From the NCBI RefSeq assembly GCF_000143415.4, contig NW_003314266.1:2823964-2887963 (forward strand): 64,000 nucleotides of DNA. The letters run 5' to 3'. Each line of letters begins with the position of its first letter. Position 1 is the first letter of the stretch. Below the pieces are notes generated by a model that had not been told where the DNA came from, did no database searches, and saw nothing but the letters and a program-made list of their open reading frames with translations. Shown one piece after another: positions 11,570 to 22,581 of this stretch. The position numbers and the translations under genes were made by a program. Origin of the DNA: Selaginella moellendorffii (lineage: Eukaryota; Plantae; Lycopodiophyta).

Positions 11570-14500
11570 ATGCCGTGGAAGCGCTTGCTCGTCGCCACCG
11601 CCAGCATCGATTTCCTCCGCCGCCGCTGGATCCACTCGAGCTCTGCGAGAATATTTTCCAGCGAGGCGCTGGAATCGGTGCTCAACCAGATCGAGCAGGG
11701 CCATCTCACGGTGAAATTCGCGGATTCCTACGCCGATCTCATCCGCCGCTGCTGTGATTCGGGGTCCCTGGATCTTGCCAGGCGGCTCCACGCACAGGTC
11801 GTGATCGCGGGGCACGGCGAGAGCTCCTACATCGCAGGGCTGCTCGTCCATCTCTACGTCAAATGCGGGGATCTGGAGGGCGCGTGGCGCGTCTTCGATG
11901 CGATCGCCGTCAAGAACCGGGCGGTGCTGTGGAATATCTTGATCGGGGAGTACGATCGCATCGGGGATGGATGCCGCGCGCTGGATCTCTACAAGAGGAT
12001 GGAGGCGGAGCCGGACAAGGTCACGTTCGTGCTGGCGCTGCGCGTGTGCGCGGGGCTGAGGAGCCTCGGCGAAGGTATGGCTGTTTACGAGCGATTGTGT
12101 TCTTCGATTCATCTCAAGCACGACATCAAATTGCAGAATGGAGCAATCAGCATGTTTGCGAAGTGTGGCGCCTTGGATCTGGCAGTCCGGGTTTTTGATC
12201 AGATGCCGGAGAGGGACGTGGTATCATGGAACTCGATCATCACAGCATTTGCCCACTCAGGGCATTCCCTGGAGTGCGTTCATTTCTACCACCGAATGCT
12301 GCTCGAGGGATTCCGGCCGAATGGAGTGACCTTCTCTGGTGTCGCTAGCTCTTGCTCGGGCAGAGAAGAGCTCGATACGATCCAAGCATCCATCGCCGCC
12401 AGCGACTTCCACAGCAACGTGGTTGTGAAGAACTCGCTCGTTTCGGCCTATACGAGGAGTGGGGACTTGAGATCCGCGAGAAAGGTGTTTGATAGCATTG
12501 AGGACAAGGATCTCATATCCTGGAACTCGATGGTGGTGGCGTATTCCCAGCACGGTCACGGTGAGGAGATGCTGGAGCTCTTCCGGAAGATGGACGTGGA
12601 GCCCGACTCTATCACTTACGCGAGCATCCTCGGGGCTTGCTCGGCGATGGAGCTGCTAGAACTTGGGAAGGAAGTTCATGCTCGGGTGTCGAGGAGCCGG
12701 TTTAAGTCGGATCCAGCGCTGGCGGCTGCTCTCATCAACATGTACTCCAAGTGTGGAGTGCTGGAGAGTGCCAGAAGAGTTTTTGACGGGATCCAGTCGG
12801 TGGATCCTTCGCCGTGGAATGCAATGATCTCGGGGCTTGTTCAGCACGGGAGAGCTCGAGAGGCTCTTGGGCTTTTTGAAAGGATGAAGGCCGAGAGCGT
12901 TCGGATCGACAAAGTCAGCTATCTCACCATCCTCAGTGCTTGCTGCGCCTTGGAAGATCTACACGAAGGCATCAGGATCCACGAGCATGCTTCTGCGTGT
13001 GGGATGGGCAAAGACTTGGTGGTGGAAACTGCGGTGTTCAACATGTACTCCAAGTGCCGCCAAGTCGACTTAGCTCGGAAGATGTTCGATGGGATGAACG
13101 AGAAGACTGTGATTTCTTGGAACGTGATGATCGCAACGTACTCCCAAGCTGACGACAAGCTTCTCAATCGGCAAGGACTAGATTTATACGGATTGATGGA
13201 GGCTGAAGGCGTTCAAGCCGACGAGAGAACTTTCATCCACTTGCTGAGTGCCTGCGTCAACTTGGGAGCAGTGGAAGAGGCTCGAGCTATTCACAAGAGA
13301 ATCCTGGCGAGCGGATGCAAGGCAAGTGAGGTTTTGGAGACGGCAATAGTCACCATGTACGCAAGGTTCGACATGCTGGAGGCTTCGAGGAGTAACTTCG
13401 ATAGGATGGAGAAGAAGTCCGTGACTGCGTGGAACGCGATGATCTCATCGTATGCTCAGCACGGCCAGGCCAGCAAGTCGCTTCTACTTTTCCATCAGAT
13501 GAGTTTGGAGGGTGTAAAGCCGGATGCCAGAACTTTCGTCAGTGTTATTGGAGCGTGCTCAAGCCTCCAGGCGCTTGAGAAAGGCAGAGCGGTGGAGGAA
13601 CAGGCAACCTCTATGGGAATTGAGGAAGGAAGGACTGCGCTTTTGAGCTTGTACGCCAAGTGTGGAAATTTAGAGGCCGCAAGAGATATCTTCGACAAGC
13701 TCAAGTATAGAAAGAACGTGGTTTCTTGGAACTCCATGATAGCTGCTTATGCTCAGAGTGGACGCGGCAGGGAAGCTCTAGAACTATACGAGCTGATGAA
13801 AGAAGAGGGGGTCCAGCCAGATGATATAACTTATGCTGGTGCTCTTGGAGCATGCACTAGCTATGGTGGATCAGCCAAAGGAGTAGAGATACACTCAAGA
13901 ATAACGGAGAGCAAGATCAGGACGGACGTCTTCCTCGACACTGCGATTGTCAACATGTATGCGAAGTGTGGAGAACTGGAGACCGCCATGAGCTACTTCG
14001 AGAAGATGCGAAGGAAGAATGCTGTTACTTGGTCCGCAATGGTGGGAGCATTCATCCAACACGGCTACGATAGAGAAGCTCTAGATCTGTACCTAAGGAT
14101 GGTCTCAGAAGGATTTCAGCCGAGTGAAATCACACTTGCCGGGGCCTTAGCAGCGTGCTCGAGGATCGGTGCTCTCCAAGAAGGAAAAGCTATACATTCG
14201 AGGATACAGGCAACGGAGACGCTCCAAAACTGCCTCTTTCTTCAAAACTCGCTGCTCAACATGTACGCGAAGTGCGGCTGCCTCGCCATCGCAAACACCA
14301 TGTTCAGCAATCTCCAAAGGAGGGACTCGTTCTCGTGGAACACGATCATAGTCGGGCATGCACACCATGGAGACGTGGACGAAGTTCTCAGCTTGCACGG
14401 CGAGATGGTACAGGACGGTGTCGACCCGGACTATGTCACTTTCGCCTGCGTTCTACTCGCGTGTAGCCATGCGGGCCTGCTCGACAGAGGAAGGAGCCAC

Positions 14501-14871
14501 TTCCTGTCTATGGAGATGGAGTTTGGAGTGGCCCACGACACCGAGCATTATCTCTGCATGGTCGATCTTCTTTCTCGAGCCGGACGAGTTGAGAGTGCTG
14601 AAGAGCTCGTCCACAGTATGCCGTATGAGCCTCCAGCCATGGGCTGGACTACTTTGCTCGGCTCTTCCGAGGTGCAAGCTGATCTCGATAGAGGGTCACG
14701 CTATGCCGAAGTTGCTGCTGGTCTGGAACCGGGCAGCAGTTCTTCCTACGTGTTGCTCTGGAACATTTACAGCCGCAGCAAGGTATGTCTTTGTTTGTTT
14801 TCTCTTCTCTTGGTGATGCTTTGTTGTATTTGCAGACGGACGCTTCCGGCCTGGAGCATTTGTTTTTATAA
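11570..14871 (+). CDS. Long PLS-class PPR protein with E domains, no DYW; probable short terminal exon after intron 14783-14835
   Basis: Many P-L-S triplets; HYLCMVDLLSRAG, WTTLLG, SYVLLWNIY. The unspliced ORF runs to 14926, but AAG|gtatg...tgcag| looks like a 53-nt intron giving the end TDASGLEHLFL*. Confidence 0.88.
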
Positions 14872-15006
14872 CACTGCCAAAGGCGGATGTGTGTTCTGGG
14901 AGTGTTGGAATCACCAGGACTTGTAAGTTCGTATCAAGTTGATAGTTTTAATCGTTAACTTCACTGTGGAACAGGTTGCAAGGTCAATCATATGACGTTT
15001 ACTTAG

Positions 15007-17817
15007 ATGGGATGCTGGAGGACACTGGACGAAGCTGTCGAGCAGCTACACCAGCACGAGCCAGGAAAGCTTTTCGGTGCTTACAACACACTGATTCGAG
15101 AGTGCGGCAATGCCAGGTCGCTCTCTCATGGCAGGCAAGTCCACCAGCATATTGTTTCGACTGGGTATGGGGGGAATCAAGCACTGGGTGATCTGCTCGT
15201 CCAGATGTATGGAAGGTGTGGAAGCGTTCAAGATGCAAAGGCCACCTTCGACCAGCTACCCAGCAGGCAAGCTTCGTCTTGGAACTTCATGGTCAGAGCT
15301 TACGCACAGCAAAGGGATACCACCACAGAAGCGTTCGATGTTTTCGATCAGATGGTCTCTCAGGAACAACAGGTTGACGGATCCACTTTAGCGAGAGTTC
15401 TTGCTCTGTGCCGCGGGCTCGGGGATCTAGAACGAGGCAAAGCACTTCACGAGCAGGCTGTTAACTCTGGGCTTGCAAACAATCCAGTCGTTCAGAAGGC
15501 CCTGGTGAGCATGTACTCCAAGTGCAAGGCTTTGGAGAAGGCTAAAGAAATCTTTGAGAAGAGCTCCAAGCGAGAACTGGGAGTATGGAACGCGATGATC
15601 GTCGGGTATGCCCAGAATGGGCATCACTTAGAGGCACTGAAACTATACAAGAGAATGGAGCTGGAACCAAACGGGGTGACGATCTCCAGCATTCTCGGTG
15701 CGTGCTCAAACGTGGGAGAGCTTGAAGAAGGCAGGAAAATCTACGCGCGTGGGAAGCATTTAAAAGACTTGGTTGTCGATACTGCTGCTGTCAACATGTT
15801 TGGAAAGTGTGGAGATTTGGAGACTGCGAGGCAGATTTTCGATGGAATGGAGCTGAAAAACGAGGTGACTTGGAACTCTATGATGGCGGTCTATGTCTAC
15901 CAGGGAAGAAGCCGAGACGCTCTTCATCTTTTTGAGAAGATGAAGTCCACAGGGATAAAACCATCGAGCTCTACATATGCTACGGTTGTCCATGCGTGCT
16001 CAGATCTCAGTGACGTCACGAAGGGAACGACCATCCACTCCGAGATTGTCAAGGCGAGCATTCGGCAAACAGTGATCTTGCAAACCGCGCTGGTGACCTT
16101 GTATGTCAGGCTCGGGATGCTAGACTTCGCGAGGGGACTGTTTGACAAAATGGAAGAAAAGAACGTGGTGGTCTACAACGTGATGATCTCGGCACTTTCA
16201 CAAAGAGGACTTGGGAAGGAAGCTCTCGAGCTTTACAAGAAAATGGTTCACAAAGGTATTCGGCCCGAAGCTGCCACCTTTTGCAGTGCTCTTGGCGCTT
16301 GCTCGGGTGTGGCGGATTTGGAGGAGGGAAAGTTGATTGAGTTGGACATCAAGGCTGACGAGTGTAAAACGGACGTGAGAGTTCTAAACGCGCTGATGAG
16401 TATGTACGGGAGGTGTGGAAACTTGGAAGCTGCCAAGGACATCTTTGACACTCGAGACGAAAGGGACGAAATCTCGTGGAACGCCATGATCAGTGCTTAC
16501 GCGAAGAACGGACAGGCTCGCAAGGCAGTCGATCTTTTCTATCAGATGGCAGAGCAGCAGGAGGTGGAAATGGGTGAAGTTACTTTCAGCACAGCCCTCT
16601 ACGCATGCTCCATACTTGGGGAAGTTGACGAATGCAGGAAAATTCACAGGCTCTTGAGTACGAAGAAGAAGCTGGTGGCGAGTGTGGAGGTTAACGTATC
16701 GCTTATCAACATGTACAGCGAGTGCCAAAGGCTGGACCTTGCTGGAGGTGTTTTCGGGAAGAACTCGTGGCCTTGTCCCGGCCCCTGGCTCTCGATGGTT
16801 GCGGCTCTCGTGAAGAACGGCCGAGGTGACGAAGCTCTCGAGACCATGGAGAGAATGCAGCTAGAGGGATGGAAGCCCGAGGCTGTAACGTTTGGCCTGG
16901 TGCTAAGTTCGTGCTCGAGCTTGAGAGACGGACGGACCATCCACTCGATCGTGACAGACAATGGTTACGTGAGGCTCAGGCCTGTCGCGGACGGACTGCT
17001 GAGCATGTATTCCAGGTGTGGTGAGCTCCAGCAGGCCAGAGAGATTTTCGACGGCATGGAAGCGAGATCGGTGGTGACTTGGACGCTCATGATCTCGGCT
17101 TACGAGCAGCGAGGACTGTCTAGAGAAGCGCTCGATCTGTTTTACGCGATGAAAGACGTCGAGTCGGACGACATTCTGTACTCGACTGTGTTTGGAGCCT
17201 GTGCCACTCTTGGAGTTTTAGCCGAAGGAAGAGCTATCCACGAGCAGATCAAGGAGAGAAAAGTCCAACTGGGGGTGTTTGGAGCTACAGGACTTATGAA
17301 CATGTACGCAAAGTGTGGGAAGATCCAGATAGCTCGGGACGTGTTCGAGGAGATGGGAACTTTCAGGACTTACGTCTCGTGGACGTCCATTATCACTGCG
17401 TACTCCCATCGTTCTCAAGCCGATGAAACTCTAGAACTCTCCAGGAGAATGGTCCAGGAAGGAGTGATGCCAGACGGGATTACCTTCATCAGCGTTTTGA
17501 TGGCTACCAGCGAGAGCCCCGACTCAACGATGGAGAACTTCAGGTCCATGACTGGTGACTACTGCATCGAGCCAATGCTCGATCACTACGAGTGCTTGGT
17601 GGACGTCTTGAGCAGAGCTGGGTGGGCTCGAGAAGCGGAAGCTCTGGCTATGGCCATGCCTTTCACTCCCAGGCCTGTGACTTGGACAACGTTACTGGGC
17701 GCTTGCAAGCTGCATGGAGAGACGAAGAGAGGGGTCGAGGCTGCAAGGAGTCTGCTGGAACTTGGCTTCGAGTGTTCGAGCTCTTACGTGCTACTGTCCA
17801 ACTTAGTTGCTGGCTAG
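15007..17817 (+). CDS. PLS-class PPR protein with E domains, no DYW
   Basis: Intronless 936-aa ORF with PLS triplets; HYECLVDVLSRAG, WTTLLGACKLHG, SYVLLSNL then stop. Confidence 0.92.
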   Translation: MGCWRTLDEAVEQLHQHEPGKLFGAYNTLIRECGNARSLSHGRQVHQHIVSTGYGGNQALGDLLVQMYGRCGSVQDAKATFDQLPSRQASSWNFMVRAYAQQRDTTTEAFDVFDQMVSQEQQVDGSTLARVLALCRGLGDLERGKALHEQAVNSGLANNPVVQKALVSMYSKCKALEKAKEIFEKSSKRELGVWNAMIVGYAQNGHHLEALKLYKRMELEPNGVTISSILGACSNVGELEEGRKIYARGKHLKDLVVDTAAVNMFGKCGDLETARQIFDGMELKNEVTWNSMMAVYVYQGRSRDALHLFEKMKSTGIKPSSSTYATVVHACSDLSDVTKGTTIHSEIVKASIRQTVILQTALVTLYVRLGMLDFARGLFDKMEEKNVVVYNVMISALSQRGLGKEALELYKKMVHKGIRPEAATFCSALGACSGVADLEEGKLIELDIKADECKTDVRVLNALMSMYGRCGNLEAAKDIFDTRDERDEISWNAMISAYAKNGQARKAVDLFYQMAEQQEVEMGEVTFSTALYACSILGEVDECRKIHRLLSTKKKLVASVEVNVSLINMYSECQRLDLAGGVFGKNSWPCPGPWLSMVAALVKNGRGDEALETMERMQLEGWKPEAVTFGLVLSSCSSLRDGRTIHSIVTDNGYVRLRPVADGLLSMYSRCGELQQAREIFDGMEARSVVTWTLMISAYEQRGLSREALDLFYAMKDVESDDILYSTVFGACATLGVLAEGRAIHEQIKERKVQLGVFGATGLMNMYAKCGKIQIARDVFEEMGTFRTYVSWTSIITAYSHRSQADETLELSRRMVQEGVMPDGITFISVLMATSESPDSTMENFRSMTGDYCIEPMLDHYECLVDVLSRAGWAREAEALAMAMPFTPRPVTWTTLLGACKLHGETKRGVEAARSLLELGFECSSSYVLLSNLVAG

Positions 17818-17878
17818 CTTCGTCAAAGCTCCACCGCAATCCCATACATCCAGGTAACTTACATCGTATTTGAAAGCT

Positions 17879-19351
17879 TCATGTTTTTGTAATGTTTCCA
17901 TGGATTTTACAGGCAGCGACCAGAGATGTCCAAGCAACGTTATCAGGGAGCTGCTTAAACAAGTCGCGAGCCTCACTCACCCATCCTACTCTTCCAAACA
18001 GATCGCTCAAGCAGTGGTAATGTTCTTCGGAAGCTTTTATTTCACATCCGTTTATCATGAAGCTAAAAAACTCGAGACTGTTCCGCAGGAGTCCCGCGTG
18101 GCTACACACCGAGAGAATGACTGTGAACGTGAGATCGTTTGGCATCAGGCCCTCAATGCTCATCATCCGAAACAGGTAAATGGCTTGCTTGGAATCACCC
18201 AGGGAGGAATAAGACGCGAGCATCACATTCCAGAGAATCGTGTCGCTGCGAGGAATACTGTCGAAGATCTTCCTAGCATCCACCAGACTGCCACAGCGAG
18301 CGTACGACTCGAGAAGAGCTGTAGCCACTTTCATCTCGGATCGAAGCTCGGAGCTCACAATTCTAGCGTGGATCGACTTTACCTCCGCCAGATCAAAGTT
18401 CACGCCACCCAGCAAGCTAACGAAGGTAACAACATTCGGAGCGATGGAAAACTTACTCTCCATTTCCATGAACGCAGTGAGAGCTTCTCTCTTCAAGCCG
18501 TGGCTGGCGTATGCCCCAATCAGAGTGTTCCAAGAAACAACATCTCGATTTTGAATCCTTTGGAAGAGATCGAGAGCTTCGTGGAGGTAACCATTTTGAG
18601 AGTACGCTGCAAGCATTGCATTCCAGGAAATCTCATTCTTCTCTGGCATGGTATCAAACATATGCTTCGCAGTTTCCACGTCTCCAAACTTTGCATGCAT
18701 GTTGAGTAGCGCTGTTGCAACCATCACTTTGGTTTGTAAGCCATGGCTTTGGATGCACGAGTGGATGATTCTTCCATCTCTCTTTGCAACGTAGTTTGCG
18801 CAAACGTCCACAATGACGAGGAAGGTGAGCTCTGTCGGAGGAAAACCCTCCAAATCCATAAGCTTGAAGATAGCCAGAGCTCTCTCGCCATGCCCATTCC
18901 GGGCATACGTACTCAAGAGAGAATTCCAAGAGATTGAGTCCTTGCAAGACATTCTATCAAACAATGATTTTGCTTTTTTCACATCACCTTGTTGCGAGTA
19001 CGCTGTTATCATAGTGTTCCAAGTTGTTGCATTCTTTGCAACCGCCTTCTCGAACAACACTTGTGCTTCATCAAGATGCCCAGATTGGGCATATGCAGCA
19101 ATCATAATATTCCACGAGAAAACATTCGTGAAACAAATTTTATCGAACACCCTGCGTGCGCTGCTCAAGTCCCCACACCTCCCAAACGCCTGGACAAGCA
19201 AGTTTCCCAAAAAGGTGTTGAAAATCCTACCATTGTCATCCGAGATGTGGGCATTTAACTTGCGAAGAGAGGAGTCCTGCTTTGAGATTCCACACTGTTT
19301 AATGATCAATGCAAGTTCTTTCTTTAACTCTACTTTGGATTGTGAGGCCAT
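17879..19351 (-). CDS. PLS-class PPR protein truncated within E1
   Basis: Intronless ORF with SS/PLS motifs, HYHCLSDLFGRVG, ends WTSLVAACKIHGNITKT*; first in-frame ATG (MASQSK) at 19351. Confidence 0.88.
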   Translation of the reverse strand: MASQSKVELKKELALIIKQCGISKQDSSLRKLNAHISDDNGRIFNTFLGNLLVQAFGRCGDLSSARRVFDKICFTNVFSWNIMIAAYAQSGHLDEAQVLFEKAVAKNATTWNTMITAYSQQGDVKKAKSLFDRMSCKDSISWNSLLSTYARNGHGERALAIFKLMDLEGFPPTELTFLVIVDVCANYVAKRDGRIIHSCIQSHGLQTKVMVATALLNMHAKFGDVETAKHMFDTMPEKNEISWNAMLAAYSQNGYLHEALDLFQRIQNRDVVSWNTLIGAYASHGLKREALTAFMEMESKFSIAPNVVTFVSLLGGVNFDLAEVKSIHARIVSSELRSEMKVATALLESYARCGSLVDARKIFDSIPRSDTILWNVMLASYSSLGDSKQAIYLFRMMSIEGLMPNDLTFTVILSVCSHAGLLRNSLEFFSFMINGCEIKASEEHYHCLSDLFGRVGWVSEARDLFKQLPDNVAWTSLVAACKIHGNITKT

Positions 19352-21609
19352 TCTGTTACCATCTCTTGCTTTGATGAACCACCTTTTTTTTGCAAACTCA
19401 ACAAATTGTTTAAGTAATGTAGACCAAAAGCATGCTTCTCTAGCTACAAATATGTTGGATTCGAAGACGCTCTTTCCCCATTTCACAAGGAGATGCTCAA
19501 AAGAGGGATCAATATTGTACGTGATTGAATTGGTGGGATTTGGAGGCTTGATCCTTGGGTGGGACTGCCATGGTTGCCATCAGGTGGCACTAGAAATCCT
19601 GGAATTCCACTCAGTCTGGCTGTCCCAGAGCTGATGGCCTGGCTGTGCCAGGAGCAATCAGCTCTGGGACGCTAGTATGTAATATTAGCAAAGAATGAGG
19701 GAAATCTTGGAATTCCACTCAAGATAACATATTATGTAAATGCGTTAAATCCCAAGATGAATATATGAATTACTAGAGGAAGCCTGTGCAGGAAATTATA
19801 GAACATTTTGCTAAAGACATCATAGCCAAGAAAATCGTAGAAGCTGACTCACACGTTGGAAAGATTGTGCTTAATTTTGTTGTAGATGTGACATATGCTA
19901 AAAATTCGAATTTCTACTGAAGAAACAAAGCCAAAAACTCAACCTAATAATGGCAATGAAGACTAGATTTTGTAAGTCCCAGCTAAGGAAACAAGCATAT
20001 CCTGAAAAATGGGCGTAGAAAAGCATGAGATATTCTAATCTTGTTTGAATGTTATATCTGTTTTAGGATTTGAATTATTAACCTGATTTGACCACATTAA
20101 ACCAAAAAGTAAGGGTTTAGAGATTTTATATTCAAAGTGATGAATACAAATTAATTTTATTTTACCAGTAATTATGAATGTGCATATCTTAATTACTGAT
20201 AAAATAAATTTAATTAATATTAATTTCATATACTTATATTAGATATACTTATATACCTTGATATATTAGATATAAATGTGGTAATCACAAATTTATAGAA
20301 CACTGATTTTTAAGCCCAGAAATGGTTAATAAGTTAAGTTTTATTATTGGCTCTAATTATTTTTATAAAAAATAAATTCTATTATTTTATTAGTATTTTT
20401 AGTTTTAAAATAAAGTGTTTCACAAAGTTTTAGTTAATAAAATTAGAGTATTCTAATTACATCATTTCTTTCTCTAAAACAAAATTTATTAAAAGGATTA
20501 ATTACCAGATATAATATTATAAAAATATTAACTAATAATAAACACCAAATCAAACATATTTTATATAATATTAAATATTATTTATTTTTAAAATTTTAAT
20601 TTTAATTTATAACTGATATATTTGTTAATATACATACCATGAGTAATTATCACACAAAGTTGTTACAAATATATAGCATAATAAGCTTTAGTTTTTTATA
20701 TTATAATTTTATTATACACATCATCCAAAAACTATCATAATTGTTTTGATGAGGATGTGTGATTTACAACTCAAACATGAATACAAATTGTGTTCATACT
20801 TAAATATATAATTACTATTCTGATTTACATCTATAGTTTATTAGTTTTATTAAAATAAATTTTTAATTTTTTTTATAATAATCACTTGTTCTTTTCTATT
20901 TTTTATTCTAGAAATATCAATAAAGAACTTGAATTCAAAACATTTAATAATAAGAAATAGTAAAATAACAATATAGGGTGAAATCATAAATTTTTAAAAT
21001 TTATAATAATAAAATAAAATATTACAAAGTCATGTAAAACTTGAGCACCATCTTGAACTTGAAAAACTTGGTCTCTAGGTTTAGCTTGGTATGTTTTATT
21101 CATTAGTGAATTATAAATAATTTATAAAATATTAAATATAAAAGTTTTAATCACTTTTCTTAAACTATTAAATGTAAATAATTTATTTTGGATATTTAAT
21201 GTTGTGAGGGCCAAGTGTACGGCTACGATGCCGTATAGTAATATTAGCGTAGTGGATTTTGGTAGCCGTCGGATTGGTTTCAATCCGGACCACTCGCTCC
21301 TGTATATAAGCTAGGGTTTTTGGGTTAATTGATATGCACATTTCTGTATTCCCTTTCCATATTCCATGCACTTACATTGGTGGAGGTGAGGGGCACCTTT
21401 GATTGTCCCTGGGGAGTGCTTGGATTTGGGATTTCGGTTTAGATCTAGCTTTTGCATTGTCTAGATCTAGCTTTTTCCATTTCCTTTCTTTTGTTCTTTC
21501 CTTTCAGGATTTTGGTTTAGATCTAGCTTTTTGCATTGTCTAGATCTACCATTTCTTTCTAGCTTTTTGTCATTTCTCTTCTTTTGCTCTTTCTTTCTCA
21601 TTCATTTTC

Positions 21610-22542
21610 ATGGCCGATCCGCAATCTCCTCCTTTGACTCTAGAGCAGCAGTTGGTTCAATTGCTTGATGCTATGCGCCTGCAATTGAACAACCAAACTC
21701 AATTGATGGCGGCGTTCACGGCACATGGTACAACTCCTCCTGCTTTTGGTGCCAATCCTCGCGTTCGGCCGGAGTTCTTTCGTGGGAATCCTGGGGATGA
21801 TGTGTACCATTAGTTCGATCACTTCACGGTGATTGCCACATATCATTCTTGGGATGATGCTCGGCGTTTGCGTGAGTTCCCCACATGTCTTCAAGGGACG
21901 GCATTGCAGTGGTACAATGGATTGAGCGCAGCTACTCGTGGCGATTGGAGTGTTCTTCCGGACGTCTTCAAACGCGCCTTCGGACACGCCGACGATTGTG
22001 ATGATGCCTTCCAACAATTGCATCGTCTTCGCCAAGGGCCATCTGAGTCGGTGATGCAATTTGGCGTTCGTTTCCGAAGTCTTTTGCTTCGTGCGGAGCA
22101 GAATATGTCGGAGCGGATCAAGCTAGGAATGCTGTGGCCAGCACTTCGTCAAGATCTTGTCGGACTTGTGCATGCACTTGCTCCTGCCACTCTTGACGAT
22201 GCTCTTCGCTTGGCACAACGTTATGAGACGTCGCCTCTTCCACTTCTTGCTACACGTCCTTCAGCTCCACTTCCTATGAGTGATGGTCCTGTTCCCATGG
22301 AGGTTGATGCTGCTGCTACTCGAGTCCAAGGACAAGGGCGAGGACGTGGTCGTGGCCGTGACATTCGTTGCTGGGCGTGTGATGAAGTTGGTCATACTTA
22401 TCGGCGTTGTCGGCGCTTTCCGGATTGGCGACCTCCATTTCTTGGGTGGAGACCTTGGCGTCAGCAACGTCCCGTTGGTGCTGCTGCGGTGGAAGGTTTG
22501 GATACCGAGGTGCATTCGGGAAACGAGGAGTCGCGCGAGTAA
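21610..22542 (+). pseudogene. gag: Retrotransposon gag with one in-frame TAG
   Basis: ORFs 21610-21813 and 21829-22542 share a frame; LQGTALQWY, LRQGPSESVMQF, PMEVD, zinc knuckle CWACDEVGHTYRRC. Confidence 0.9.
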
Positions 22543-22581
22543 TGGAGGGACCTTGCGCGAATAAGTTAGTGACCCCTCCAT
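22518..22581 (+). promoter_or_regulatory. Putative -1 programmed ribosomal frameshift signal (slippery heptamer + H-type pseudoknot)
   Basis: G GGA AAC in gag phase; 6-nt spacer; stem 1 22531-22539/22552-22560; stem 2 22542-22549/22574-22581; pol is in the -1 frame. Confidence 0.8.

Noticed and set aside
14783-14926. Hydrophobic Cys-rich tail of the 1118-aa PPR ORF as a TM or novel domain
   Set aside because: It is translation of a T-rich GT-AG intron-like segment.
17870-19634. Long plus-strand ORFs (279 and 273 aa) opposite a PPR; similar shadow ORFs over other PPRs, the hydrolase and 41741-42794
   Set aside because: Antisense or alternate-frame shadows of real coding sequence; no independent motifs.
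21183-21371. Identical short ORFs MHGIWKGNTEMC at 21371 and 26207
   Set aside because: Simply the two LTR copies read antisense.
21438-21570. Repeated TAGATCTAGCTTTT units as a CRISPR-like array
   Set aside because: Short irregular tandem duplications in the retroelement 5' UTR; eukaryotic context, no unique spacers.
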